Notes: generated by a model from the letters alone, not told the origin. DNA of 64,000 bases from Lentisphaeria bacterium (GCA_017504585.1 JAFVQX010000190.1:250-64249), one strand, 5' to 3'. Shown: positions 8,457 to 17,410, counted from the stretch's first letter. Numbers and translations: made by a program.

Positions 8457-9257
8457 TCAGCCGCGGCGTTCGGATTCGCCGCCGATAAGCACGCCCCGTT
8501 TGCTGTTTTCGCAGAATTCGATAAATTCTTTCACCGGTTCGCACGGTTCAATTTCTGCCTTGATCTTGGCGAGCGTGTTGGGGATGCTCAAGCGGTCAAA
8601 AGCAATGATGCGCAAGATATCCCGCATGGCATTGATTTCGTTGAGCTGGTATCCGGCGCGTTTCATGCCCACACGGTTGACGGCAATGGGGGTGCCGTTC
8701 CGGCCTTCGCAGATCATAAAAGGCGGCACATCTTTGCTGAATACCGAGCCGCCGGCGACCATCGCCATTTTGCCCACCCGGCAGAACTGGTGGATCGCCA
8801 CCAGTCCGGAGAGGATGGCGCGGTCGTGGACCTGACCGTAACCGCCGACCACTGAACCGTTGACCATAATGACGTTGCTGCCGATGGTGCAGTTGTGCGC
8901 CACATGGCTGCAATTCATAAACATACAATGGCTGCCGATGACCGTTTTGGTATCTGCCATGGTACCGGTATGGATAGCGGTGTGTTCGCGGAAGATGTTG
9001 TCGTCGCCGATCTCGAGATAACGTTTGGTGGACAGGTCAAGAGCATGATCCTGTGCGTCGCAGCCGATGGAGGCAAAAGGATAGATGGTATTGTTTTTGC
9101 CGATGGTGGTGTAACCGGTGATGTGCGCCTGGGCGATGAGTTTGGTGCCTTCGCCGATGGTTACATTTTTGCCCACGAAACAAAGCGGCCCGATCTCACA
9201 GCTTTCTGCCAATACGGCGCCGTCTTCAACCACTGCGGTAGGATGGATTTTTGCCAT
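8457..9257 (-). CDS. lpxA: Acyl-ACP--UDP-N-acetylglucosamine O-acyltransferase
   Basis: The protein begins 'IHPTAVVEDGAVL', has hexapeptide repeats throughout, and carries an LpxA-type C-terminal helical domain. Confidence 0.9.
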   Translation of the reverse strand: MAKIHPTAVVEDGAVLAESCEIGPLCFVGKNVTIGEGTKLIAQAHITGYTTIGKNNTIYPFASIGCDAQDHALDLSTKRYLEIGDDNIFREHTAIHTGTMADTKTVIGSHCMFMNCSHVAHNCTIGSNVIMVNGSVVGGYGQVHDRAILSGLVAIHQFCRVGKMAMVAGGSVFSKDVPPFMICEGRNGTPIAVNRVGMKRAGYQLNEINAMRDILRIIAFDRLSIPNTLAKIKAEIEPCEPVKEFIEFCENSKRGVLIGGESERRG

Positions 9258-9436
9258 AGTTTATCTCCTGTTTTTATTGTAATAAAAATCAAAACACATG
9301 TCGTACTGGTAATATAACGCCAAAAGCACTTAATTTCAATATTTTTACCAATAAAAATATGCTCAAAAATTTTGAAATTCCCCCTATTGCCAGTTATATT
9401 AAACAGCAAACCCGTAAACTATGGAGATTTTGCAGT

Positions 9437-10540
9437 ATGAGCGACAAAGCACCCACCAATATCGAAAAGATCGACCCTTATATGGCTATACCCGTTGCCG
9501 ACGAAGAGGGCATAACTTATCACTCGCCTTTTGAAGAACATTTCCGCCTGGGCGGCAGTGCTTTTCAGGAACTTATGGGGCACCAGTTCCGGCGGATACC
9601 TTTTGAACCCTTTGTTTCCAAAGGCGTGGAATTTCTGGCGTGGGAGACAGCCGGTATGCAGCTGCAATTCAAATCCACCTGCAAACGGGTGATCGTCAGA
9701 GCCAAACTCCGCGAAGGCGTCATCATGCACCACATGCCCCAGACCGGGTCATCGAGCTTTGACCTCTATGTGGGCGGCCCCGGTAACTGGCGGCTGGTGC
9801 GGGCGGGGCGTTTTACTTTGCACGCCACCGAGTATACTGTGGAGCTTTTCAACCGCCCCGAACCGGGCTTGCGGGAGTATCTGATAAACTTCCCCCTTTA
9901 CAACAGTGTTGAGGAACTCTTTATCGGCTTGGAAGACGACTGCGAAATCCTGAAGCCTACTCCGTGGAGCCACGACCAGCCGGTGGTGGTTTACGGTACC
10001 AGCATAACTCAAGGTGGATGCTCCTCCCACCCCGGCGGAGCTTGGACGAATCTGCTCTCCCGCTGGCACAACTGCGAATTTTACAACATGGGTTTTTCCG
10101 GCAGCGGCAGAGGCGAACCGGCGGCTGCAGAGATCATGGCAAGCATCAAAAATCCCCGCTGCTACATTCTGGACTACGAAGCCAACGCCCACAATGTAAG
10201 AACAAGGGAAACTCTGGAAACTTTTCTGGATATACTCCGCAGCAAACACCCCACCGTGCCGATCACGGTGATCTCCAAGGCACCCCATGCCGGTACCATG
10301 GTAGCTTTCGGCGCAGATGACGAAACGGATCTGACTTACGAAGACAGTTATCTTGCCCGCCAATTCCAGCGGGAAGTCATCGGCAAACGCCGTGCCGCCG
10401 GAGACAGTAATTTGTACTTTATCAACGGTATACACCTGCTGGGCGCTGATTGGGATGAATGTATGATGGACGGCTGCCACTTCAACGACCTGGGGTATTA
10501 CCGTTTTGCCGAAAACCTCAACCGCCTGCTGCGTTTTTGA
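9437..10540 (+). CDS. SGNH/GDSL-family hydrolase (esterase) with N-terminal beta-sandwich domain
   Basis: Block I is 'VVVYGTSITQG', followed by 'GFSGSG' and block V 'DGCHFNDLG'. The start is taken at ATG 9437. Confidence 0.7.
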   Translation: MSDKAPTNIEKIDPYMAIPVADEEGITYHSPFEEHFRLGGSAFQELMGHQFRRIPFEPFVSKGVEFLAWETAGMQLQFKSTCKRVIVRAKLREGVIMHHMPQTGSSSFDLYVGGPGNWRLVRAGRFTLHATEYTVELFNRPEPGLREYLINFPLYNSVEELFIGLEDDCEILKPTPWSHDQPVVVYGTSITQGGCSSHPGGAWTNLLSRWHNCEFYNMGFSGSGRGEPAAAEIMASIKNPRCYILDYEANAHNVRTRETLETFLDILRSKHPTVPITVISKAPHAGTMVAFGADDETDLTYEDSYLARQFQREVIGKRRAAGDSNLYFINGIHLLGADWDECMMDGCHFNDLGYYRFAENLNRLLRF

Positions 10541-10610
10541 TTACAGACATGTGCGCCGCACCGCAAAGGTGACTGGTCAGGGGACATAGCTTTGCATGTC
10601 CCCGGGGCAG

Positions 10611-10888
10611 CCGCAGCAATGTATTGTTCTATCCTGTTGCGCGGAGTCATCTTGCGTGGAAATGTCGCGTTTTGCAAGGGGACAAGAGAGGGATCCGGCT
10701 TCGTTACACTACGCCGTGACAAGCCGAACGGTTCGCCGCAGCAAAGTATTGTTCTATCCTGTTGCGCGGAGTCATCTTGCGAGGAAATGTCGCGTTTTGC
10801 AAGGCGGGCAAGAGAGGGAGCATACCCTTGTATGTGACCGAACGGTCCGCCGCAGCAAGGCGCGAGATTTCCCGCAAGATGACTCCGC
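10611..10888. repeat. Tandem ~114-125-bp intergenic repeat units with an inverted partial third unit
   Basis: Unit 1 spans 10611-10735 and unit 2 spans 10736-10849; both begin ccgcagcaa(t/a)gtattgttctatcctgttgcgcggagtcatcttgcg. Positions 10861-10888 are the reverse complement of the gcggagtcatcttgcg.ggaaat segment. Confidence 0.9.
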
Positions 10889-10889
10889 A

Positions 10890-12119
10890 TCATATAAAGC
10901 AGATGCGCTTGATGCACTGGTCGAAGTTTTCCTGACCGCTCAAGATGTCGATTTCTACACGCAGGAAATAAAAGTTGATATCTTCCCGCAGCAATCTTGG
11001 TATGCGTACGGCGTCTTTTTCGGTGGTAACGATCATTTCCGCTCCGGCGGCCTTGGCTTTATTTACAAAGTCAAGGATCTGCTGTTCGGTGTAGCGGTGA
11101 TGATCGGCATAACGGGCGGTATGGACGATTTTTGCGCCGAAGCCGGTAAGGAACGCCTCAAAACTTTCGGGCTTGGCAATGGCGGAAATGGCGGCAACGG
11201 GGCAATTTTTCAAATCCTCCAGCGGCCGTTGCGTCCCCCGCATAAAGACCCGTTCCAGATAAAGCGGCTTGTGACAGCACTCAATGATTTCGGCGCGCTG
11301 ATTGTGGCGGCGGAGAAAGGTTTTGAGGTGGCGCAAATGATTGCCCCCATTGGATTTAGTCAAAAAGATGTAGTCGGCACGCCGGATATTTTTGATGGGT
11401 TCGCGCAAAATGCCCCGGGGCAGCACATGGTGGTTGCTGAAAGGCGCGGTGGAGTCCACCAAAACAATGTTGATGTGGGCCTTGAGCCGGAGATACTGAA
11501 AGCCGTCATCCAGGATCAACGTGTCAGTGGCATATTCGTCGATAGCATAAAGTCCGGCATTGACCCGGTCTTTATCCACCAGCACCGCCACGTCTTTCAG
11601 GTTGGATGCCAGCATGTATGGTTCGTCGCCGGCGGCATCGCTTTGCAGTAAAAGATCTCTGCCGTCGGAAACCACCCGCGGCGGCAGAACTTCCCGTTTG
11701 CGGGTGCTGAAAAAACCCTGAAGTTTCTGGAAAAAACTCCGCTGTTCTTTGCTGCGGTAGCCGCGGCTCAAGATGGCGACTTTGCGCCCCTGTTTGCTCA
11801 AACTTTTGGCAAAAACTTCCACCACCGGGGTCTTGCCGGTGCCGCCGCAGCTGACGTTGCCGATGCTGACCACCTGACAGCCTATGGCGTGATTGCGGAT
11901 AAAACGCTTGTCATAAAGCCAGATCCGGAACTGTATTGCCATACGGTAAAAGCGCGAAGCCACAAAAAGGAACGCCAGAACGACCCGGTCGCTGCGGGTG
12001 TGACGGCGCCCCTCGATCAATTCGAGAAAGTATCTTTCGCGGTGTTCCCAGAAATTTTTCAAGCTCACTTGCGTAAATCCCCATTGCAATAAATAACATC
12101 TATAATGTGTAATATACAT
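10890..12119 (-). CDS. lpxK: Tetraacyldisaccharide 4'-kinase
   Basis: It has the P-loop 'GNVSCGGTGKTP', 'AILSRGY' and the C-terminal 'DHHRY...TTEKDAVR'. The exact start is uncertain. Confidence 0.85.
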   Translation of the reverse strand: MYITHYRCYLLQWGFTQVSLKNFWEHRERYFLELIEGRRHTRSDRVVLAFLFVASRFYRMAIQFRIWLYDKRFIRNHAIGCQVVSIGNVSCGGTGKTPVVEVFAKSLSKQGRKVAILSRGYRSKEQRSFFQKLQGFFSTRKREVLPPRVVSDGRDLLLQSDAAGDEPYMLASNLKDVAVLVDKDRVNAGLYAIDEYATDTLILDDGFQYLRLKAHINIVLVDSTAPFSNHHVLPRGILREPIKNIRRADYIFLTKSNGGNHLRHLKTFLRRHNQRAEIIECCHKPLYLERVFMRGTQRPLEDLKNCPVAAISAIAKPESFEAFLTGFGAKIVHTARYADHHRYTEQQILDFVNKAKAAGAEMIVTTEKDAVRIPRLLREDINFYFLRVEIDILSGQENFDQCIKRICFI

Positions 12120-12245
12120 TCATTTGCGTTGAAATCAAACTTGTTAATGCAAAAATAGCTTATAAGGCGGCTTGTAATTTTGCATTTGTCAGGTTATATT
12201 ATCTTGAATTTATTTATATTGATGATATACAACTGGGGATTTTTT

Positions 12246-13319
12246 ATGGTTTTATTGAGTTTTTTCCGGAAGCTGTTTCCGGTATTGCTGATGTTGTGCT
12301 GTGCAGCAGCTGCCGCCGATGATGCGGAAAGCGCCAAAAGTTTCGGTGCAGGACTTAAGGCCTTCAATGAGAAGGATTATGTGGATGCCGCAGAACTTTT
12401 TGCCCGGGCCGAACAGCAGGCTGATACCTTGGATCTGAAGCTGAAAGCCGCCTTGCGCGAGGTGGAAAGCTACCGCGCCGCCGGCTACCGGGGCAAGGAG
12501 TTCGACGCTATCGAAAAAATCATCAAACGCTATCCCACCCAAATAGATTACAGCAAACTGGTGGATCGCCAGTACGCCATTGGTGATGCGTATTTTCATG
12601 GTTACGCCGATCCGGCATTCTGGAGTCTGCGCTTTATACCCTTCCTGACCGACAAGGACCGGATGCAGGAGATTTACACCGCAGCCATAAAAAATGCCCC
12701 CTTTGCCCCCGGCGGCGCCAACGCCCGGCTGCGGCTGGCGGTGCGGGCACTGAAAGCCAAAGAAAATGAAAAAGCATTGAAGCTGCTGCGGGAGATCATC
12801 CGGATCTATCCCGAAACCGAAGCCGCCCGCTATGCCATGCTGGAAATGGGCAACGCATTAAGCGAAATGTCCTACGCCGGAGATGGCGACGGCAAACACT
12901 TTGACGAAGCTATGAGCGTTTTCCGCGAATTCCGCAACAAATACCCCGATTTGAGCGAAAACGAATGGGTGAATCAATGCGAAGTAAGAGCGCGCAATGC
13001 CTACGCCCGGAGATTGCACAATATTGCAAAGTTTTATCACCGGGAAGGGCGCGATGAGCCTGCCAGTACCTATTTGCTGGAAGTCATACGCCGTTTCCCC
13101 GATACTGAAGCGGCACGGGAGAGCGAAAAACTTTTGACCGGGCTGGACAAAAGTTATTTCCCCGAACAGATTTTGCCGGCAGTCCCCAAAGAATATCCCA
13201 AATACGAAATGCTCAAGTTTCCGCAGGAAGAGCGCAAACTTTTGCTGGCTCCGGAAAACAGCAATGGCAAATTTCTGCTGCCGATCTATGACTTGAATAT
13301 CAAAAAGGAGAAAAAATAA
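12246..13319 (+). CDS. TPR-repeat outer-membrane lipoprotein, BamD/YfiO-like
   Basis: It has a signal peptide with a Cys-containing lipobox-like 'LLMLCC' and TPR-like repeats. The context (lptE overlap, lpx genes) supports the call. It is longer than a typical BamD. Confidence 0.45.
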   Translation: MVLLSFFRKLFPVLLMLCCAAAAADDAESAKSFGAGLKAFNEKDYVDAAELFARAEQQADTLDLKLKAALREVESYRAAGYRGKEFDAIEKIIKRYPTQIDYSKLVDRQYAIGDAYFHGYADPAFWSLRFIPFLTDKDRMQEIYTAAIKNAPFAPGGANARLRLAVRALKAKENEKALKLLREIIRIYPETEAARYAMLEMGNALSEMSYAGDGDGKHFDEAMSVFREFRNKYPDLSENEWVNQCEVRARNAYARRLHNIAKFYHREGRDEPASTYLLEVIRRFPDTEAARESEKLLTGLDKSYFPEQILPAVPKEYPKYEMLKFPQEERKLLLAPENSNGKFLLPIYDLNIKKEKK

Positions 13320-13834
13320 TGCTGAAAAATATCTTCCGCGCTGCCCTGCCGGCAGTTTTGATGCTGATTCTGACCGGTTGCGGCTACCATATCGGTTTTA
13401 TCAAACACCCCCAGATCGATTCTGTTGCGGTGGCGCCGGTGGTCAACTCTACGGCGATCTATAACGCCGCAGGCAATATGCGCATGATGGCAAGCGAAGC
13501 GGTGATGCAAGATGGCTCCTATAAACTTGCCGACCTTAAACGTGCCGACGCCATACTCTACATAACAGTCAGCAGGATCGACTTTACCGCCGTGGGCACC
13601 AGCTCGGTGGAGCGCGACCGGGATTACCGGCCCGATGAATGGATCGCCCGGGTGACAGCCGAATACAAACTCATAGTCCCCGGACAGGGTAAACCGGTGC
13701 TTGCCGGTACTGTGACCGGGCAAAGCCATTTTCAGGCAGGTGCCGATGTGGAAAGCGGCCGTTTGAGCGGCGTACGTCAGGCATGTTACGATACCGCCGT
13801 AAAGCTGGTGCGCCAAATCACCGAAGGCTGGTAA
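13319..13834 (+). CDS. lptE: LPS-assembly lipoprotein LptE-like
   Basis: The lipobox 'LTGCGYH' and a size of ~170 aa fit LptE (RlpB). Its ATG overlaps the upstream stop (TAATG). Confidence 0.6.
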   Translation: MLKNIFRAALPAVLMLILTGCGYHIGFIKHPQIDSVAVAPVVNSTAIYNAAGNMRMMASEAVMQDGSYKLADLKRADAILYITVSRIDFTAVGTSSVERDRDYRPDEWIARVTAEYKLIVPGQGKPVLAGTVTGQSHFQAGADVESGRLSGVRQACYDTAVKLVRQITEGW

Positions 13835-13850
13835 TAAAACCGCAGGAGAG

Positions 13851-13903
13851 TTGGCGGCACAACGGAGTATAACGGTAGATAACATGTTTTATCGTGCCGC
13901 CAG
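13851..13903. repeat. Short hairpin/MITE-like element with 9-bp perfect terminal inverted repeats (copy 2)
   Basis: The sequence reads ttggcggcac...gtgccgccag. Its reverse complement aligns to 4681-4741: 16/16 at one end and 14/14 for 'taccgttatactcc'. Confidence 0.85.
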
Positions 13904-13940
13904 TTAATGCGATAGTATGCGTGGTCGGGCTTTGCCCGCT

Positions 13941-14010
13941 TCCCATACTCTCCCATACTCTCCCATACTCTCCCATACTCTCCCATATTTTCCCATATTT
14001 TCCCATGATC
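13941..14010. repeat. 10-bp tandem satellite, 7 units
   Basis: The units are tcccatactc x4, tcccatattt x2 and tcccatgatc x1. Confidence 0.95.
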
Positions 14011-14125
14011 TATCGCGCGGCACATCCGGCTTCGTTGCACTACGCCGCGACAAGCAGGTGTGCGCCTTACGACGTTATATCGTATGCCGTGTTACAGCGC
14101 ATCACCTGTTTGGTTTTGGTGCTTG

Positions 14126-15883
14126 TTATTGGGCGGCTTTTATGCTCGAAACTGTGCCGCGGCGATAACGTTTTGAGCTTGCCGGTATAAGTTTATCGGG
14201 TATGGCGTCGTAACTTACCTGACCTACCACCAGAAGTTCGGTGTGTTTGACTGATTTGCTTTCGCTGCTGAATAAATACCCCAGATACGGTATATCCATC
14301 AGCCACGGGATACCCGATTTGCTGGTAACTTGGGATTGTTTTTTCAATCCGCCGATAATGAACTCGCCGCTGCCGTAGGGCAGACTGACATTCTGCACAA
14401 TGGTGCTGCCCGGAGCTATGCGGGGGGCGCCGTTGGATTGAAAACCCAGCAAACTGGTGTTGACCAGCTTGACGGTAAAGCGGGTTTCATCCAGCCCCAC
14501 CGCCACATTATTTACGCTCATGGAAAAACCGAATTGCTGCGAAAGCGCCGTAAGCTGTTGATTGCCTTTACCCACCCGGATGGGTTCCGCATCGGTCAGG
14601 GTTTCGCCGGTGACTTTGCCGATGATATTGCTCAAAAGTTCGTAAGCCCCCACTCCGGTGTTGGGGAAAAGCACTTCGCCGGTGGAGCTGGGTGCCGGCT
14701 GGGAAGTGTCGCTGTAAAAAATGTGGGTCATGCGCTCCAGTGTGGCAGTGGCAGAATTGCGGACACACATTTCGCCGGTCAGCATCACTTGAGCTTTGCC
14801 CATCGAGGTCAGGAAATCTATGTAGCGGCTGTTCCATTTGGGGTTGAAGTTATAAAAACTTGAGCGTTCGCTGCCCGCCGCCTGACTTAATCCTGTGGCA
14901 TCATAAAGAGCGTTCCAGTTGTTGCGGTAGCGGCCGCCGCCGGAAAAGAAGTCTGCACCCTGATTATTTTTCCAGGACTGAAAATCTATACCCATTTTAT
15001 CATCGTTTTCGCTGTCGATTTCGTAAACGGTTACTTTTATGCGCACTTGCGGGATGGGCACATCGTATTTTTTGAGCATTTCGGCAATGTTGTTTGCCGA
15101 GTAATTTTCCACGTCAAAAATCAGCCAGTTCAGATCCGGGTCGTACGCCACCAGATCCTGCCCCTGCCAGAGTTCGGTGGCATCGCTTATATTCATACCC
15201 ACATTCTGGATCAACGGCTGGAGATTTCTTGCCGGAACGAACTTGGGCATGTAGATAAAAAAGGGATTACCATAGCTTATGGCTCCCAGCGCCGGATCAT
15301 CCAGCGTGGCGACCAAGGTATCTATGCCCATGCCGTTGGGGTGATCCTTGAATCGGTATTCTTCGGCGCTGACCAGCAGCAGACCGGTGCCGTCAACATA
15401 TTTCAGACACTCCACTGCCGTATTGCTGCCCAGCTGGGCGACCGGGGTGTAGCCGACCTGGGCGTTGGGCGGATTGAGAGTCAACTGACTGACAGTGCTG
15501 GTAACCGGCAAAGTCACAGTATTGCCGTTGACTGTGGCGGTGTTGTTTACGTTGGTGGGATACTGCTGAACAAGCGACGTATTACCCACCCGCTTGCTTT
15601 GTACCATTTGCCGGAGATAATCGCGGAAGTTGTAGGCATCGACGTTTTTCACCAGATAAGTTTTGGTTATCACCCGCGGATCGTTGTTGTCGCGGATAAA
15701 GTGTACGGCTTCGGCATTTTCTTTAAGCGGCACCACGATCCGGGCCTCCACCCTTGTAGCGTCATAGCCGCCGGTATTATTATTGTTGCTGTCCCGGGGG
15801 ACGCCGGGGATGGCGGCTGCCGGCAGCATAAAAGTCATGCAGCAAGTGGCAGTACACATAAAAATCGTTTTATATATATTCAT
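14126..15883 (-). CDS. Secretin-family outer-membrane channel protein (paralog B)
   Basis: It has a signal peptide (MNIYKTIFMCTATCCMTFMLPAAA) and a secretin-domain start 'VRIKVTVYEIDSENDDKMGIDF'. The canonical secretin C-terminus is 'FIIGGLKKQSQVTSKSGIPWLMDIPYLGYLFSSESKSVKHTELLVV'. The start is taken at ATG 15883. Confidence 0.75.
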   Translation of the reverse strand: MNIYKTIFMCTATCCMTFMLPAAAIPGVPRDSNNNNTGGYDATRVEARIVVPLKENAEAVHFIRDNNDPRVITKTYLVKNVDAYNFRDYLRQMVQSKRVGNTSLVQQYPTNVNNTATVNGNTVTLPVTSTVSQLTLNPPNAQVGYTPVAQLGSNTAVECLKYVDGTGLLLVSAEEYRFKDHPNGMGIDTLVATLDDPALGAISYGNPFFIYMPKFVPARNLQPLIQNVGMNISDATELWQGQDLVAYDPDLNWLIFDVENYSANNIAEMLKKYDVPIPQVRIKVTVYEIDSENDDKMGIDFQSWKNNQGADFFSGGGRYRNNWNALYDATGLSQAAGSERSSFYNFNPKWNSRYIDFLTSMGKAQVMLTGEMCVRNSATATLERMTHIFYSDTSQPAPSSTGEVLFPNTGVGAYELLSNIIGKVTGETLTDAEPIRVGKGNQQLTALSQQFGFSMSVNNVAVGLDETRFTVKLVNTSLLGFQSNGAPRIAPGSTIVQNVSLPYGSGEFIIGGLKKQSQVTSKSGIPWLMDIPYLGYLFSSESKSVKHTELLVVGQVSYDAIPDKLIPASSKRYRRGTVSSIKAAQ

Positions 15884-15890
15884 AGTGAAA

Positions 15891-17318
15891 TCACTTTTCC
15901 ATGGCAAAAAGTTTACCGGGTTCAAGCTCGGCTGGTGCGGCGGCACTCAAGAGTTTGGCAGTTACGGTCAAATAGACTTTGCATTGCTCTTTTTGGGTGG
16001 TCGTGGTACTGAAAAGGTATTTCAGTATGGGTATTCTCGATAAAAAGGGTACCCCGATGACCTGTTCCACTTCCTGCTGACAATCCCATTGACCGAGAAT
16101 GAACTCTTTATCCAGATCCAGCAGTACGCTGGAATCCATACTGTTGGTATTGACCAGTTCTTCGCCGGTGTTGCTGCGCTCCAGTACGGTGGCGCTCTGG
16201 ATGCTGTAAGAAAAAAACACCGTGCCGGGATATTGATTGTAAGCACCGGGTTTATAAGGTTTTACCGAAAAAACTTCGCTGCTGTCATACCCCGCTTGCC
16301 CCTGACCGTAATGGAGATTGACAATAGGCTGATCGATCCGCAGATAAAGCTGATTGAACCCCTCCGGCAAATTCAGATTGCTGGCAGTCACCGAGGTTAT
16401 ATCGTTGTTGTTTTTGACGATATTTTGCAGCTGGGGGTTGAAAAATATCTCGTAACTTGCTGTATCGCTGTTGGATGCATTGAGCGTGGCGGTGCCGGTA
16501 ACGCTGGCATTGCCTTTTTGTGCCAGCATACGGATAAAGCTGGCATCAAACTGGGGCGCCACCAGAAATCCCCCCACCGGCCCGGAGATGGCAGTCAAAG
16601 CCGCCGAACCGCCGGAACTCAAACTAAAGGCGTCAAAAGCGGTCTGAAAGATGTTCAATCCGGGGCCGTTTTTCCACGCCAGATACTCTATGCCCAGATC
16701 CCGGAGGGTGCTTTCGCGTAATTCATAAAGTTTAAGCTCAAAAACGATCTGGGGCGCCGGGCGGTCGATAAAGGTGAGAAACTCAAAAACAAAAGGTGTG
16801 TTGGAGCTGTTGTCTTTCCAATAGATCTGGTTGGAATTCTGGTCGTAGGCGTAGACCGCCCCCGCCGGGCCGGTGCCGATGACAGAATTTACCAGCACAT
16901 TGATCAGGCCGGAACCGGAACGGTATTTGGGCTGATAAACGGCGCGGGTTATACCTGTACCGCGGATAATATCGCCGGGTTTTCTGCCGTCGATCCTGAT
17001 ATTGCGGTCCACTTTGGCAACAAAATCATCCACATAAGGCATCATCTTTTCGGGACAGCTTACGGTCAAAAGCTGTTCGTTGTTGCCGCCGAGGATGGTA
17101 TTGGCGCTGGAATTTATATTGTAACGCATGACCATACCCAGCACAAAAGGAACCAGATCGTTGGCTTGAACATATTTGAGCTTGTAGATCTTGGAAACCA
17201 TGTAATCCTGGGCATCGTCCTGGATCAGATGCACTTTCTGTACTGTTTTTTCCTGGGGTACAGCCAATAATGGCAGCATAATACCGAGTACTGCCGCTCC
17301 TGTAAAAAATTTTCTCAT
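15891..17318 (-). CDS. Secretin-family outer-membrane channel protein (paralog A)
   Basis: It has a signal peptide, 'FELKLYELRESTLRDLGIEY', and the C-terminus 'VIGVPFLSRIPILKYLFSTTTTQKEQCKVYLTVTAKLL'. Its N-terminal domain is alignable to paralog B. Confidence 0.7.
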   Translation of the reverse strand: MRKFFTGAAVLGIMLPLLAVPQEKTVQKVHLIQDDAQDYMVSKIYKLKYVQANDLVPFVLGMVMRYNINSSANTILGGNNEQLLTVSCPEKMMPYVDDFVAKVDRNIRIDGRKPGDIIRGTGITRAVYQPKYRSGSGLINVLVNSVIGTGPAGAVYAYDQNSNQIYWKDNSSNTPFVFEFLTFIDRPAPQIVFELKLYELRESTLRDLGIEYLAWKNGPGLNIFQTAFDAFSLSSGGSAALTAISGPVGGFLVAPQFDASFIRMLAQKGNASVTGTATLNASNSDTASYEIFFNPQLQNIVKNNNDITSVTASNLNLPEGFNQLYLRIDQPIVNLHYGQGQAGYDSSEVFSVKPYKPGAYNQYPGTVFFSYSIQSATVLERSNTGEELVNTNSMDSSVLLDLDKEFILGQWDCQQEVEQVIGVPFLSRIPILKYLFSTTTTQKEQCKVYLTVTAKLLSAAAPAELEPGKLFAMEK

Positions 17319-17344
17319 TTAACGACTCTCTGTTATCCGGCTAT

Positions 17345-17384
17345 TAAAAATCCTGCTGTTGCCAAAGGAACAAACAACAGCAGG
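17345..17384 (-). terminator. Rho-independent terminator after lipoprotein gene
   Basis: A perfect 10-bp stem CCTGCTGTTG/CAACAGCAGG (17352-17361 and 17375-17384) is followed on the minus strand by ATTTTTAA. Confidence 0.75.
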
Positions 17385-17410
17385 AAATACTTATGCTTTA
17401 TCGATCTCGA

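Noticed and set aside
8416-8544. The ORF-track N-terminal extension of gpmI (start 8544) overlapping the 3' end of lpxA.
   Set aside because: The extension is Arg-rich with no homology. The internal ATG at 8415 has an AAGGA RBS and begins the conserved iPGM N-terminus, and it removes the overlap.
10611-10888. Possible CRISPR array because of regularly spaced direct repeats.
   Set aside because: Only 2.3 units are present, the units are ~114-125 bp with no short repeat/unique spacer alternation, and there are no cas genes. It is a tandem duplication of an intergenic repeat.
10596-11651. A 351-aa plus-strand ORF spanning the tandem repeats and continuing antisense to lpxK.
   Set aside because: Its N-terminal part is a translation of the duplicated repeat units (a duplicated 'CIVLSCCAESSC.EMSRFA' peptide). 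The rest is antisense to a confidently identified lpxK.
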